In this document: positions 1 to 9,745 of the stretch, one piece after another
Position numbering within the stretch: the stretch's first letter is position 1
Layout: each line of letters begins with the position of its first letter
UHGV virus genome: UHGV-0197549
Length of the DNA: 64,000 bases
Source: a virus
Reading direction: 5' to 3' (one strand)
Notes under the pieces: generated by a model
Databases searched by the model: none
Seen by the model: only the letters and a program-made list of their open reading frames with translations
What the model was told of the DNA's origin: nothing
Made by a program: the position numbers and the translations under genes

Positions 1-88
1 TGCACGTGTATGACCTTTATTATCCTCATCTTTTCTTGATTGAGCAGCTAATTGGAAAAAATATTTTCGCGAAACTTCCAAATAGCAG

Positions 89-436
89 CTATTTGGTGAT
101 TTCCCCTCTCATTATCTCCTTAACTCTGGCACCACACCATTCACCCGCTTCGGGAGAGAGCCACGCGGCATACGCCACCGCCACTTCCGAATACATCCAC
201 GTACCGTTAATGACACCGCCCCGGCGTACGATGACAAGCGATTCCATGCGTATCCTCCTTGTTCCGGAAACCTGCCTGACAAGCTCCTTCGCCTTTTGGG
301 TAGCCAGCCAGCGGCACGGTTGCCAGGCTCTGCCGAAGGTTTTGCCTATTTCACTGACGCATACCAGCACGGTTCTTTCACCGACCACCATCGGGACCCG
401 TGTCCCGTTGAAGTCCAATATCCTTAGTTCAGCCAT
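89..436 (-). CDS. KilA-N domain DNA-binding protein (antirepressor-like)
   Basis: 115-aa ORF. Motif INGTWMYSEVAVAYAAWLSPE matches the KilA-N signature (from memory). Sits in the leftward early operon. Confidence 0.45.
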   Translation of the reverse strand: MAELRILDFNGTRVPMVVGERTVLVCVSEIGKTFGRAWQPCRWLATQKAKELVRQVSGTRRIRMESLVIVRRGGVINGTWMYSEVAVAYAAWLSPEAGEWCGARVKEIMRGEITK

Positions 437-439
437 GGT

Positions 440-793
440 CTAATCACATGATATGGTTCCGTCACTGATAAGTTCGTTCAGCTTTTCCGCGAACCAGTTC
501 GCCAATCTTTCGTTTGCCCATCTCAGGTATTCCATCGCCACAAAGGCTTCGAGCCATAGTTCGATTGACCCGTCCACCTTGCGTACCTCATGAATGAGCT
601 TGTCCGGCCTGCATCCCATCTGTTTGCAGGTAAGGTCAAGAAATTCCTTCACGCTTCTCTTGTTCATCCATACTTTCGGCTGCACATCCTTTCTTAATGA
701 TTCAGCCACCTTTGCCACGTCCAGCATCAGCTTGTTATCTTCGATGTCCATTTCAAAACGGACACCGTTGTCTTCTATCAAATTCAGTTTCAT
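440..793 (-). CDS. hypothetical protein
   Basis: 117-aa ORF tightly packed in the leftward operon. No recognisable motif. Confidence 0.3.
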   Translation of the reverse strand: MKLNLIEDNGVRFEMDIEDNKLMLDVAKVAESLRKDVQPKVWMNKRSVKEFLDLTCKQMGCRPDKLIHEVRKVDGSIELWLEAFVAMEYLRWANERLANWFAEKLNELISDGTISCD

Positions 794-863
794 ATTCCTA
801 TATATATAATGTGTTGATAATAGGATACCCCGCAGCCCTTAAAAGACCACAGGGTACCCTTGT

Positions 864-1331
864 TTATTTCCCGATGATGCCGAACTTATCGAATATCCTT
901 AAAATCAAGGGTACATTCTTCCCGTTCAGCCATTCACGGGCTACGTTCCAGGCAAGCGACTTTGAAAAGTCGAAGCTCTCTTCCGTCAGGGTATGATGGG
1001 AAAGCCGCCCTTCCGTCGGCTTGAGTCCCCGGTCATGCAATTCACAAAGCCCGTCCTGAAAGAAGACACAGCCGTCTGAGGTATGTATCACCTGTACCAT
1101 GGGAATGGGAAACGGCAACTTTCCCACTGCCATTCCCACGCACCATGCGGTCACTGCCAGCTTGTCCTCATATCCGGCTTCGATCAGCGCCCAGATGTCC
1201 TGCGGCGTACCCAGGCATGGAGCACGCTTGCATTGGTTCCGGCAGGAAGCGCAGCGGCAAGCCACGGGTTCACGTCCGGTTATCCGGATGATTTTCTCCG
1301 TCGTTGTTTCCGATATATCATTCATAGCCAT
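864..1331 (-). CDS. Cys-rich putative zinc/iron-chelating domain protein (YkgJ/CxxCxxCC-like)
   Basis: 155 aa with a CRCASCRNQCKRAPC cluster plus a DGCVFF..DGLCELH motif. Resembles the UPF0153 CxxCxxCC family from memory. Confidence 0.3.
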   Translation of the reverse strand: MAMNDISETTTEKIIRITGREPVACRCASCRNQCKRAPCLGTPQDIWALIEAGYEDKLAVTAWCVGMAVGKLPFPIPMVQVIHTSDGCVFFQDGLCELHDRGLKPTEGRLSHHTLTEESFDFSKSLAWNVAREWLNGKNVPLILRIFDKFGIIGK

Positions 1332-2447
1332 TTATTTAAGATGTTTCCTGTTCCAAAGCTCGATGATAAACTCCCGTCCGTCCTGTGTCCAGCGGCGTGC
1401 ACCACCCATCTTGTACGACTTACCCTTGGCATTCGTCCAATAGTACGGTACTTCACACTGGAGTGCGGAGTGGAACCCCGGTACTACCCATTGTCCTTTC
1501 TCCTTGCGGATAATCCCTTCATCCTCAAGGAACCGGTTGAGCATACTGGGTGTCACCTGCAACTCATCGGCAATAGTAGTTGTCTTGAACCAGTCACGGT
1601 CTTCGATGAAACGGTTGTAGAACTCCACCTTGTGCCGGCTCTCCGCCAGTTGTTTCTGCTGGTTGGCAGCGAGCAACAGGGCTTCCTCGAAAGTCTTTGG
1701 AACCGGGAAGTTCTCCGCAGGCACATCGGTCTGTTCACCATGTGGATGATGAGCGGACGGTGCTTCATGCAGTGAAACGGCTCCATGTGTCATCAGGTCA
1801 CCGATACGCTCGTTGCACCAGATAGAGAACTCCGGGGATAGCTCCCGGGCATATTCGACGGCCAGCTCTTCCTGCATCCATGTCCCGCCGGCTGTTCCCC
1901 GGTTGGTAATCACCTGTTCATCCAGAGAAACTGACTTCCCTTCATTGACAAGGGAGTGGCGGAAGCGTTTCGTGGAAGCCTTATGCAACCATTCAGCCGG
2001 CTGTACGTCGAAGCATCTTGCCATGTTGGTGGCATTTATCATCGCCTTGCCGTTCGCCGTCTTGAAGGTTACCGGGTGATCCCCGTAGTTGAACACCACC
2101 GGCACCTCTTTCAGAACAGCTTCGATATCACTGTTCAGTCTGCCTGCCCATGTCTCCAGTTCCCCGCAAAGCTTTCTCATCTGCGAGTTTTCCTTCTTCA
2201 CCAGATGCACGAGCTTGCGTATGTCACGGGGGACGATAGCCCACAGCGGCTTGACACCCGTCAGGAAGACAATCTTCGTAGCGGACGGGCACAGGCTCAT
2301 TGCCTCCTTCGTCTCCATCATAACGGGACGCTTGATAATCTTGCACAGGTCATACAGGCAAAGCCAGACACGCCCGTCTTCTCTCGTTATTCTGACGGGG
2401 CGGTTTTTGAACTCAACCTCGTCGTATTTCAGTTGTTTGTCATTCAT
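1332..2447 (-). CDS. phage antirepressor, KilA-N plus C-terminal Ant-like domain
   Basis: 371 aa. Central motif TFKTANGKAMINATNMARCF...WL is KilA-N-like. The C-terminal half resembles the antirepressor C-domain (KilAC). Confidence 0.5.
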   Translation of the reverse strand: MNDKQLKYDEVEFKNRPVRITREDGRVWLCLYDLCKIIKRPVMMETKEAMSLCPSATKIVFLTGVKPLWAIVPRDIRKLVHLVKKENSQMRKLCGELETWAGRLNSDIEAVLKEVPVVFNYGDHPVTFKTANGKAMINATNMARCFDVQPAEWLHKASTKRFRHSLVNEGKSVSLDEQVITNRGTAGGTWMQEELAVEYARELSPEFSIWCNERIGDLMTHGAVSLHEAPSAHHPHGEQTDVPAENFPVPKTFEEALLLAANQQKQLAESRHKVEFYNRFIEDRDWFKTTTIADELQVTPSMLNRFLEDEGIIRKEKGQWVVPGFHSALQCEVPYYWTNAKGKSYKMGGARRWTQDGREFIIELWNRKHLK

Positions 2448-2803
2448 TTCTTTTGTCCTTTCTTCTTTGGTTTGGGGGGATTTAGTTTATCTGCAATGGC
2501 CTGATATTTTTTCGCCATCACTTTACGGCTGTGATAAGTTCTTTTCTCACCGCACAGTTTGTCATACTCGGTCAGCCTAAGATTATTCCAGTCTTCCTCT
2601 TCCAGCTTGACGTTACTGTTTTCGCGTCTGTAATAAAAACCTCCTGCGGAGATATACTTGCCTGAACAGGCGAACGAAACTGACTGTGGCTTGACGAAAC
2701 TTAATTTGGACGCAGCCTGCATGGAGCCGACTCTGGACACAAATCTTCCGGTCCCGTCGAAAATCAGCACTCTTTGAGCAGACTTAAACGAGTTATTACT
2801 CAT
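2444..2803 (-). CDS. hypothetical protein (Lys-rich C-terminus)
   Basis: 119-aa ORF that overlaps the next gene by 4 nt (operon coupling). Confidence 0.3.
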   Translation of the reverse strand: MSNNSFKSAQRVLIFDGTGRFVSRVGSMQAASKLSFVKPQSVSFACSGKYISAGGFYYRRENSNVKLEEEDWNNLRLTEYDKLCGEKRTYHSRKVMAKKYQAIADKLNPPKPKKKGQKK

Positions 2804-2819
2804 TTTCTTTTCTATTAAA

Positions 2820-3236
2820 TTATAGTTGTTCCTTCGATAATCGGTCCTTAGCCATCAGGATTAAGAAGGTATCCGATAGGACGATACCCCTGAGTAACAT
2901 GTCTGACATACGCTCCATCATATACACCCCGAAGGCGGGGTCGATGTAAGCGACGAACAGCAGGGCTAAGGCATAATCAATTAATTGGTGCCCGTTCGGG
3001 GCGGTGATGAACATATCTTCATCGGAAAGTGAATATGCGTCACGGACGGCATCAATCCAATGTGCGAACGCCATCCTGAAACCTTGTACGGAGTGTACGC
3101 CGGGATCGCCTTTGTTCTTGATGTAAAGAAACGCGTCAAAATACTCGCATCCGTCTCCCCGCACCGTAAACAACAGTTCGGGAAATTCCCGGTAGCGAAT
3201 TTCATACCGGGAAAAGTCTGATTTTACATTACTCAT
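2820..3236 (-). CDS. hypothetical protein
   Basis: 138-aa ORF, first gene of the leftward operon next to the divergent promoter region. Confidence 0.3.
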   Translation of the reverse strand: MSNVKSDFSRYEIRYREFPELLFTVRGDGCEYFDAFLYIKNKGDPGVHSVQGFRMAFAHWIDAVRDAYSLSDEDMFITAPNGHQLIDYALALLFVAYIDPAFGVYMMERMSDMLLRGIVLSDTFLILMAKDRLSKEQL

Positions 3237-3521
3237 AATTGTTAAAATTATTATTAAAAAATAACATCCTACAAATATATCTCTTTACCCGCTAAAAAAA
3301 TCACCTTATAAATTGCCGGATTCTGATTACAAAGGTATTTTAAGCGATATTTCCGGACTTTCAAACGCCATTTTCACATCTTATTTACTGTAAATATTAT
3401 TTTTCACTTAAAACATTGATTTACCTGTCGTATTTACGAAATCTGCCTATCAATACTCATTTTGTAAAGAAAACTTTCAAAACGGTTCTTCCCCTATACC
3501 TTGTTAAATAACTCTAAATCT
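3237..3521. promoter_or_regulatory. AT-rich divergent promoter region (leftward early operon / rightward late operon)
   Basis: 285-bp non-coding AT-rich spacer between divergently oriented gene blocks. It contains the CCCCTATACCTTG motif (3491-3503) that recurs upstream of other late operons. Confidence 0.4.
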
Positions 3522-4841
3522 ATGCATGTAAACACAGAAGGCTCGTTTAACCGCGAGTTATTGGAAAGCATCTTCCGCACCTCGAAGAAAACCATTCAGG
3601 AATATGTGCGCGAAATCGAGCGCAACAACCGGTACAAGTCCGTCCGGGGAAACGTGGTGCAGGGCACGGTGCTGGATGACCGCAGTCGTTTGATTGACCT
3701 TTACGACGCCTGCCTGCAACAGGACGCCCATATCCGCTCGGTACTGGAAACGCTGGAGTCGCAAATCCTCGGCGACCGCTATATGCTGGCCCGCATGAAT
3801 GAAAAAGGAAAGTACGTCAAGGACGTGGAAGAGACACGTAAAATCCAGGGCACCCAGTTCGACAAGATCATCCGGGGCATCGTGGAAGCCAAACTCTACG
3901 GCTACACCTTGCTTGAAATCATGCCGGAGGTTGATTCCCGCACGGGAAAGCTGGCGGAGGTGAACATCGTCGAGAGACGTAATGTGCTTCCGGAGCAACG
4001 TACGGTCGTCAAGCGCCAGGGTATCTGGCTCCCGAACTGGAACCTGGACTCCAAGACCTACCGGAGAAACTACATCCTTATCAACTCCGGGGATTTAGGG
4101 CTGTTCTCGGCAACTACGCCCCTGATACTTGCCAAGAAGTTCACCGTGGCGAACTACGTGAATTTCAGCCACACCTACGGGCAGCCTATCATTGTAGGAA
4201 AGAGTGTGTCGGAAAGCAACACCGACCGCAAGAGGCTTGCGAATGAGATAGCCAATGCCGCCCAGAACAAGGTCGTCGTTACAGGGTTGGAAGACGAAAT
4301 CGAAATCAAGGCTTTCACCATGTCCAACTCAGAGAAGATTTACACCAGCCTGATTGAGTTTGTCAATAAAGAGGTAGCCAATCTAATTCTGGGTTCTGAA
4401 TCCATGGCGGGCGGGATGCAGAGCTATGTCGGTTCCACCAAGGCGCATCAGGATATTTTCCGGGAGCGCATCGAGGTATACCGCCGCTACATCGAAAACA
4501 TATTCAACGAAGAGGTGTTGCCGCGCCTGGTGGCAATGGGCTATATCAGGGACGGACTGGAGTTCAAGTACTCCAACCGCATCGAGATGAACAATGAGGA
4601 CCGTATCAAGCTCTACGGGCTGATTACCGACAAGTACGAGGTGGCTCCGGACGAAATAGAGAAAGAGTTCGGCATCATCGTGGGCAAACAACTGAACCTG
4701 CTGGAAATGGATATGGGAATGGACAAGGAGAAGAAAGGCAATACCCACGACAGGCACATCATGTCCGAGGAAGAGTATTATCGCAGGTACGGTCACGGGC
4801 GGAGCAGCAACGTGGCGTCTTTTCTGATGGGGAGCGACTAA
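3522..4841 (+). CDS. portal protein
   Basis: About 440-aa ORF (the track starts at TTG 3501; the first ATG is 3522). It is followed by a MuF-like head protein, the typical portal-MuF synteny. Size and position fit a portal. Confidence 0.55.
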   Translation: MHVNTEGSFNRELLESIFRTSKKTIQEYVREIERNNRYKSVRGNVVQGTVLDDRSRLIDLYDACLQQDAHIRSVLETLESQILGDRYMLARMNEKGKYVKDVEETRKIQGTQFDKIIRGIVEAKLYGYTLLEIMPEVDSRTGKLAEVNIVERRNVLPEQRTVVKRQGIWLPNWNLDSKTYRRNYILINSGDLGLFSATTPLILAKKFTVANYVNFSHTYGQPIIVGKSVSESNTDRKRLANEIANAAQNKVVVTGLEDEIEIKAFTMSNSEKIYTSLIEFVNKEVANLILGSESMAGGMQSYVGSTKAHQDIFRERIEVYRRYIENIFNEEVLPRLVAMGYIRDGLEFKYSNRIEMNNEDRIKLYGLITDKYEVAPDEIEKEFGIIVGKQLNLLEMDMGMDKEKKGNTHDRHIMSEEEYYRRYGHGRSSNVASFLMGSD

Positions 4842-4861
4842 GCGGGAACCCGCTCCCCGAC

Positions 4862-5689
4862 ATGGAGAACGTATCCGCCGCCCGGACCCGGTTGAAAGAA
4901 GACGGGGCAAAGGAGGAATACCCGCTTGTCCTTGCCGCCTTCCGCCGCCTGATGGACTCGCTGGAAGACAGCGCCGAATCATGGCATATCATGGAAGAAA
5001 TCATCCTACTGCGTACCGCTTCCCTTTATTCCCGTGTACTGGAAGGTCTGAAAATGGACTTTGACACAGCGCTGGAACTATTGAGGAACCATAACGACTT
5101 CACCACTTTACGGGAAAAAGAGGAACGGGACATATTGGTAGCCGCCATCGACAACCTCGTGGAGTTTGCCGCCGCAGAAGAATATGCCATGATGGATGAT
5201 GTCCGGGAACATTCGGAAGATGAAGGCTTTGAGGATTACGAAGGCATCTGTGAAAAGTATAACCTGACGTATGGGGAAACGGAAAACGAACAGGTGTTGT
5301 ATGCCGCCGGGATAACCGGATGGTGGATAAACCGGTCTTCCGATACATTGATTACCTATATGACACAGGGTGACGAGCGTGTAAGGGACTCTCATCAGGC
5401 CCTCGAAGGACTTACCTTCACTAAAAGCAACTTCCCTTCAGACCTTATCCCGCCTATTGACTGGAGATGCCGGTGCTACCTGCTTTCAGACGGTAATGAA
5501 GCTTTCATTTCCGCTTCCCTGAAAACTGATTACCGAAAGAAGGTGAATCCGGTCTTTGCGGAAAGCCTGGCGATGAAAGGCAGAATCTTCTCGGAAGCCC
5601 ACCCTTATTTTACTTCCGCCTTCAGAAAGAACCGGAAGGTGCAGACAATCATACGAAAACTAAAAAACAAACTCCTATGTCGGAAATAA
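4862..5689 (+). CDS. minor head / head morphogenesis protein (phage Mu F / SPP1 gp7 family)
   Basis: 275 aa. The C-terminal motif TYMTQGDERVRDSHQALEGLTF resembles the Mu F-like domain (VRxSH...LdG). Confidence 0.5.
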   Translation: MENVSAARTRLKEDGAKEEYPLVLAAFRRLMDSLEDSAESWHIMEEIILLRTASLYSRVLEGLKMDFDTALELLRNHNDFTTLREKEERDILVAAIDNLVEFAAAEEYAMMDDVREHSEDEGFEDYEGICEKYNLTYGETENEQVLYAAGITGWWINRSSDTLITYMTQGDERVRDSHQALEGLTFTKSNFPSDLIPPIDWRCRCYLLSDGNEAFISASLKTDYRKKVNPVFAESLAMKGRIFSEAHPYFTSAFRKNRKVQTIIRKLKNKLLCRK

Positions 5690-6246
5690 GCCTTGCAGAA
5701 TTTTGTGCGCAGTGGGTCCCGGCGCCCGGCAGACAATCCCTGACGAGCCGGTTGGCTTACAACGCTTCGGAGTTCGCCACCACAGCCGGTGCCTTCTCCC
5801 GGCGTTTCTTCCGGATGTCCTTCGCGCAGGGTGGGTTCTATGCCAGCGGCAACTGTTGGCAGACACGTACCTCCAAATGGGGCAAGAAATTCACCCACCC
5901 CGTTATGATTGACACGGGCAAGCTGAAAGGCGGTATCAAGGACGTTTTGATAGACAAAGACCACGGCTCCCTGATGAAGATGCATGAGTTCGGCTTCAAA
6001 AGGCAGTATGTTTATGAGATTAAAACCGATGAAGAAAGCTTCGTGGAGAAAGGAAAGAGAGGGCGCAACAGTAAGGGCAAAGGGTATGCGGCCATTCACA
6101 ACACCGATGAGAAGCTCACCCCTTATACCGTGAACCAATACTCCACCCGCAAGCCCGTCCAGCGGCAGTTCATCGGTTTTTCCGACAGGCTGGATGACTA
6201 TATCCATGAACATTACGTATCTATCATCTTCAAGAAATTCCCATGA
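5677..6246 (+). CDS. hypothetical virion-associated protein
   Basis: 189-aa ORF in the head module, overlapping the upstream gene by 13 nt. Confidence 0.25.
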   Translation: MSEISLAEFCAQWVPAPGRQSLTSRLAYNASEFATTAGAFSRRFFRMSFAQGGFYASGNCWQTRTSKWGKKFTHPVMIDTGKLKGGIKDVLIDKDHGSLMKMHEFGFKRQYVYEIKTDEESFVEKGKRGRNSKGKGYAAIHNTDEKLTPYTVNQYSTRKPVQRQFIGFSDRLDDYIHEHYVSIIFKKFP

Positions 6247-6950
6247 TAAAAGACAAAGAAACCAAGAAAGACACCACAGAGGTTATTTCCGTCGGAAAAG
6301 AGGTCATTATACCGGAAGAGGTATCGGAAAACCCTTTTGTGAACATGTACGAGGCGGTACGCCGGACTTTGCTCACTCTGCGTGAGAACCCGGAAAACCC
6401 TTTGACTCCCCCTTACTTCAAGACAATCCGGATGGACAACGGGCAGTTTGAACGGATCATCCGCTCGGACAATATGGAATACGAGACGGCGTTCCCGGCT
6501 GTATTCATCCATTTTACCAACGTCCGCTATCTGGTGCAACAGCAACGGCTCGGGGAAGGCAGGGCGACGATGCGTATCCGGTTCATCCTGAATAACCTGA
6601 ACAACGGCGATGACGGGATGGAGTGCGAGCCCTTCCGGGTCTTCCAGCGTATCAACGTGGCTATCCAGGACGCTAAAAGTTACGAGCCTGCCCTGAACGA
6701 ACGTTGCAACCTCCTGTACTTCGATATGCCTACCACCTCGAATATGCTGCAAGCCTACTGGGTGGATTACGAAGTGTGGTTCAGGGAATCTTCCGCCTGG
6801 AAATACCGCAAATGGGTGGAGAGGTACGTAGTCATGCCGCCATTCACCAACCACGATGACGCACCGAAGCACGATGAAGAGAACCACGGTAACCACAAGG
6901 CACCCGGCTACGGCGAGGTTTCCGGCTTTACAGGTGCCGGTGAAGGGTAG
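6243..6950 (+). CDS. hypothetical protein (head module)
   Basis: 235-aa ORF with a 4-nt overlap onto the upstream gene. Confidence 0.25.
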   Translation: MIKDKETKKDTTEVISVGKEVIIPEEVSENPFVNMYEAVRRTLLTLRENPENPLTPPYFKTIRMDNGQFERIIRSDNMEYETAFPAVFIHFTNVRYLVQQQRLGEGRATMRIRFILNNLNNGDDGMECEPFRVFQRINVAIQDAKSYEPALNERCNLLYFDMPTTSNMLQAYWVDYEVWFRESSAWKYRKWVERYVVMPPFTNHDDAPKHDEENHGNHKAPGYGEVSGFTGAGEG

Positions 6951-7029
6951 GAAAACAGAAAATAAACTCTTTGTGCCTAATACTCCTATACTTGGAAAAA
7001 GCCTAACTAAACCGACCTTAACCTGAACT

Positions 7030-8268
7030 ATGAATATCAACGACCTTCAACTTGTTACCGGAGAAGCCAGGCCCGGCGAGGCGGCATCCATCCGGTTCTT
7101 CGGCAAGGTGACCGCCCAGTCCACGGCGCGGTTCAATGAAGAGTTCGAGTACCTCGAAACGGTCATCCGCCCGTCGCTTATCAGAGTGCTGATTAACAGC
7201 GAGGGCGGCTCCGTTTTGCACGGCATGACAACTTACGCGACCATCCAGAACTCCACCATAGACACCGAGTGTGTCATCGAGGGCATGGCGGCGAGCATGG
7301 GCTCGGTACTCTGGGCAGCCGGAAAACGCTCCCTGATGCGCGACTACTCCATCCTGATGATACACAATCCCTTCTTGCCGTCAGCGGAAGAAGGGGAAGC
7401 CTCGGAGCTTGTCAAAGCGTTCACCCGGCAGATTGAAACGATTTACCGCAAACGTTTTTCCCTGACTGCCGAACAAGTGCAAAGTATCATGGCGGGGGAA
7501 ACCGGGAAGGACGGTACCTACTTTGATGCATCACTGGCAGTCAGTGCCGGTATCATACCGGAAAAGAACATCCTGCACACCAGCCCCCAACTCTGTGAGA
7601 TGGTAAAGAACAGCATTTCGGGACTGGAAGATGCAGGCGATATACAGAATGTAATGAGCAAAATAACCGCAGAAGCCGGTAACCATCCTACTCCTGCACA
7701 ACAGAACATTAACCTGAATACTATGAACGAAGAAAGAACCATTCCTTTTGAACTGGGTGCGGTGGCGGCAAGCCTGGGCATCAAGGACAAATTCGAGGTA
7801 ACGGATGTCATGTCGCGTATCTCCGCGCTGATGAACGTGGAGGCGTCCCTTACCGAAGCCAACCGTAAACTGACGGACGCGCAGACAGTGATTGCCGGCA
7901 AGGACGCCAGCATCGGCAACCTGCAAAAAGACCTGGCCGAGACGGTAGCCAAACTGAGCGTATTTGAAAAGAAAGAGGCCGATGAAAAGAAAGCGCGTAT
8001 CGACAAGCTTGTCGAAGATGCCGTCACAGCGGGCAAGATTGAAAAAGAGAACAAGGAGCAATGGGTGGAAATGGCGGGCTCCAATTACGAACTGGCCGAA
8101 AAGACACTGGCATCCATCCCCGCCCGTGAGAAGATCACCCATGAGATTGCCACCGACCCGGACAATGTGCAGGCAGCCAGGACGGCAGCCAGGACGGCAG
8201 AAGAGAAGATGGCGGAAAAAGTGAACGCCGTTGTCGGTGAGAGCTTCGAGTTCAAGAAGATGTCCTGA
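7030..8268 (+). CDS. prohead protease (ClpP/S14-like) fused to a coiled-coil scaffolding domain
   Basis: The N-terminal half has GGSVLHGM..EGMAASMGSVLWAAGKRSLM..ILMIHNP, resembling the ClpP S14 active-site region. The C-terminal 200 aa are Ala/Glu/Lys-rich coiled coil, typical of scaffold. It lies immediately upstream of the major capsid gene. Confidence 0.6.
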   Translation: MNINDLQLVTGEARPGEAASIRFFGKVTAQSTARFNEEFEYLETVIRPSLIRVLINSEGGSVLHGMTTYATIQNSTIDTECVIEGMAASMGSVLWAAGKRSLMRDYSILMIHNPFLPSAEEGEASELVKAFTRQIETIYRKRFSLTAEQVQSIMAGETGKDGTYFDASLAVSAGIIPEKNILHTSPQLCEMVKNSISGLEDAGDIQNVMSKITAEAGNHPTPAQQNINLNTMNEERTIPFELGAVAASLGIKDKFEVTDVMSRISALMNVEASLTEANRKLTDAQTVIAGKDASIGNLQKDLAETVAKLSVFEKKEADEKKARIDKLVEDAVTAGKIEKENKEQWVEMAGSNYELAEKTLASIPAREKITHEIATDPDNVQAARTAARTAEEKMAEKVNAVVGESFEFKKMS

Positions 8269-8310
8269 CAACCCATTATCCCATTAACCTAAACCTTAAA
8301 ACTATAAAAC

Positions 8311-9375
8311 ATGGCAGAAGCAGCTAATACGGTTTCCTTTCTCCAGAACGGCTATAACGGTGAAGTCCTTGAAGACTTGCTCACTTATACCGCGCAGGGA
8401 AACGACACCTTTAAAGAAGGACTGATTCATATTAAGTCAGGCATCCAGCACAAATACACCTTGCCGGCCATCCGTCTGGGCGATATCATCCAGGACAACG
8501 TTCCCACCCCCACCAGCAGCCACGGTGCCAAAGGCGAAAACGGAGAAAACGAGTACGAATTTACAGAGCGCTACCTGATTCCGCAGGATTTCATGGTGTA
8601 CCTCGAATTTAACCCCCGCGACTACGAGAAGTATTGGAAATTCGCACAACCCGAAGGCAACCTCGTCTTCCGTGAGCTCGACCCGAAGATTCAGGCCACG
8701 ATGTTGCGTTTGCTAATGGACAAGAAAAATGAGTATATCGGCAATGCTATCTGGACCAGCGCCAAGGGAGGTTCAGCGGCAGCGGGGATTACATGTCCGG
8801 CAGATTCCATCATCATCGGCAGGAACAAGGAGAAGTACTTTGACGGAGTGGTCAAGCGCATCATCGACAACATCAACGCCACTGACAGGGAAACCATCGC
8901 GGGTGGTCAGTGTGTGCTTGCAGGCAATACCGAACTTCCGGACGGGGCAGCCGTGGAAAAGGCACTTTACGGTATGTGGAAGAAATGTCCCAAGCAAATC
9001 CGCAAGAAAGCCGGACTTACATTCGTAATGAATTTCGAGCAGTGGGACGCATACGACCAGTATGTCAGTGACAAGATGGTGAAGTACTCCGAAAATACGG
9101 AAATCAACCGCTACCGCTTCAAAGGAAAACGCATCCTTCCGCTGGTAGGCATCCCCGAGCATACGATTGTCCTAGGTGAATTTACCACCGGCATGGACTC
9201 TAACCTCTGGATGGGCGTGGATTACGCAAACGACACGGAAGTGCTGAAAGTGGACCGCCTGCAAAGCAACTCGGAGCTGTTCTTCTTCCAGATGCGTATG
9301 AAAATGGACGTGAATATCGTCCGTCCCGCTGAAATCGTGGTACACACCGCTTACAAGAAGGCACCCACCACCTGA
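8311..9375 (+). CDS. major capsid protein (HK97-fold, inferred)
   Basis: 354-aa ORF directly after the protease-scaffold gene. A strong hairpin terminator follows it. Confidence 0.5.
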   Translation: MAEAANTVSFLQNGYNGEVLEDLLTYTAQGNDTFKEGLIHIKSGIQHKYTLPAIRLGDIIQDNVPTPTSSHGAKGENGENEYEFTERYLIPQDFMVYLEFNPRDYEKYWKFAQPEGNLVFRELDPKIQATMLRLLMDKKNEYIGNAIWTSAKGGSAAAGITCPADSIIIGRNKEKYFDGVVKRIIDNINATDRETIAGGQCVLAGNTELPDGAAVEKALYGMWKKCPKQIRKKAGLTFVMNFEQWDAYDQYVSDKMVKYSENTEINRYRFKGKRILPLVGIPEHTIVLGEFTTGMDSNLWMGVDYANDTEVLKVDRLQSNSELFFFQMRMKMDVNIVRPAEIVVHTAYKKAPTT

Positions 9376-9395
9376 CAACCTTACTCTTAACTCTA

Positions 9396-9432
9396 TGGCA
9401 GGGGAATAGGAATGACCTGTTCCCCTTTTTTA
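9396..9432 (+). terminator. rho-independent terminator after capsid gene
   Basis: AGGGGAA...TTCCCCT 7-bp inverted repeat followed by TTTTTTAAAA. Confidence 0.4.
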
Positions 9433-9456
9433 AAACCTTAAACCTTACCCTTGACT

Positions 9457-9726
9457 ATGGCAAAACAAATCAAAACGGAAGGAGAACTTACCGCCGTACA
9501 GGAGCCGGAAGTAACCACTGCTGAAACCAAGACGGAAACCGTAACTAAAAACGAACCCAAAACCGAACCCAAACCGGAGGCATACGTACTTTCCGTATTG
9601 CAGGCGTTTCCGAATTATGAGCAACTGTATGTAGACAAACAGGGCGGCGTCTATGCCCCGGACACACCGAAGCACCTGCGCGAAATGGCCACCCTCTACA
9701 AGAATCCTTATTTCATCCAACCTTAA
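9457..9726 (+). CDS. hypothetical small protein (Thr/Glu/Pro-rich N-terminus)
   Basis: ORF between the capsid and tail genes (the track starts at TTG 9451; the ATG is at 9457). Confidence 0.3.
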   Translation: MAKQIKTEGELTAVQEPEVTTAETKTETVTKNEPKTEPKPEAYVLSVLQAFPNYEQLYVDKQGGVYAPDTPKHLREMATLYKNPYFIQP

Positions 9727-9745
9727 CCCTTAAATCTGAACATCC

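Noticed and set aside
6-443. A plus-strand 145-aa ORF at the window start overlapping the minus-strand 89..436 ORF.
   Set aside because: The minus-strand product has a KilA-N-like motif and fits the leftward operon. The plus-strand ORF has no features and sits on the wrong strand for its neighbours.
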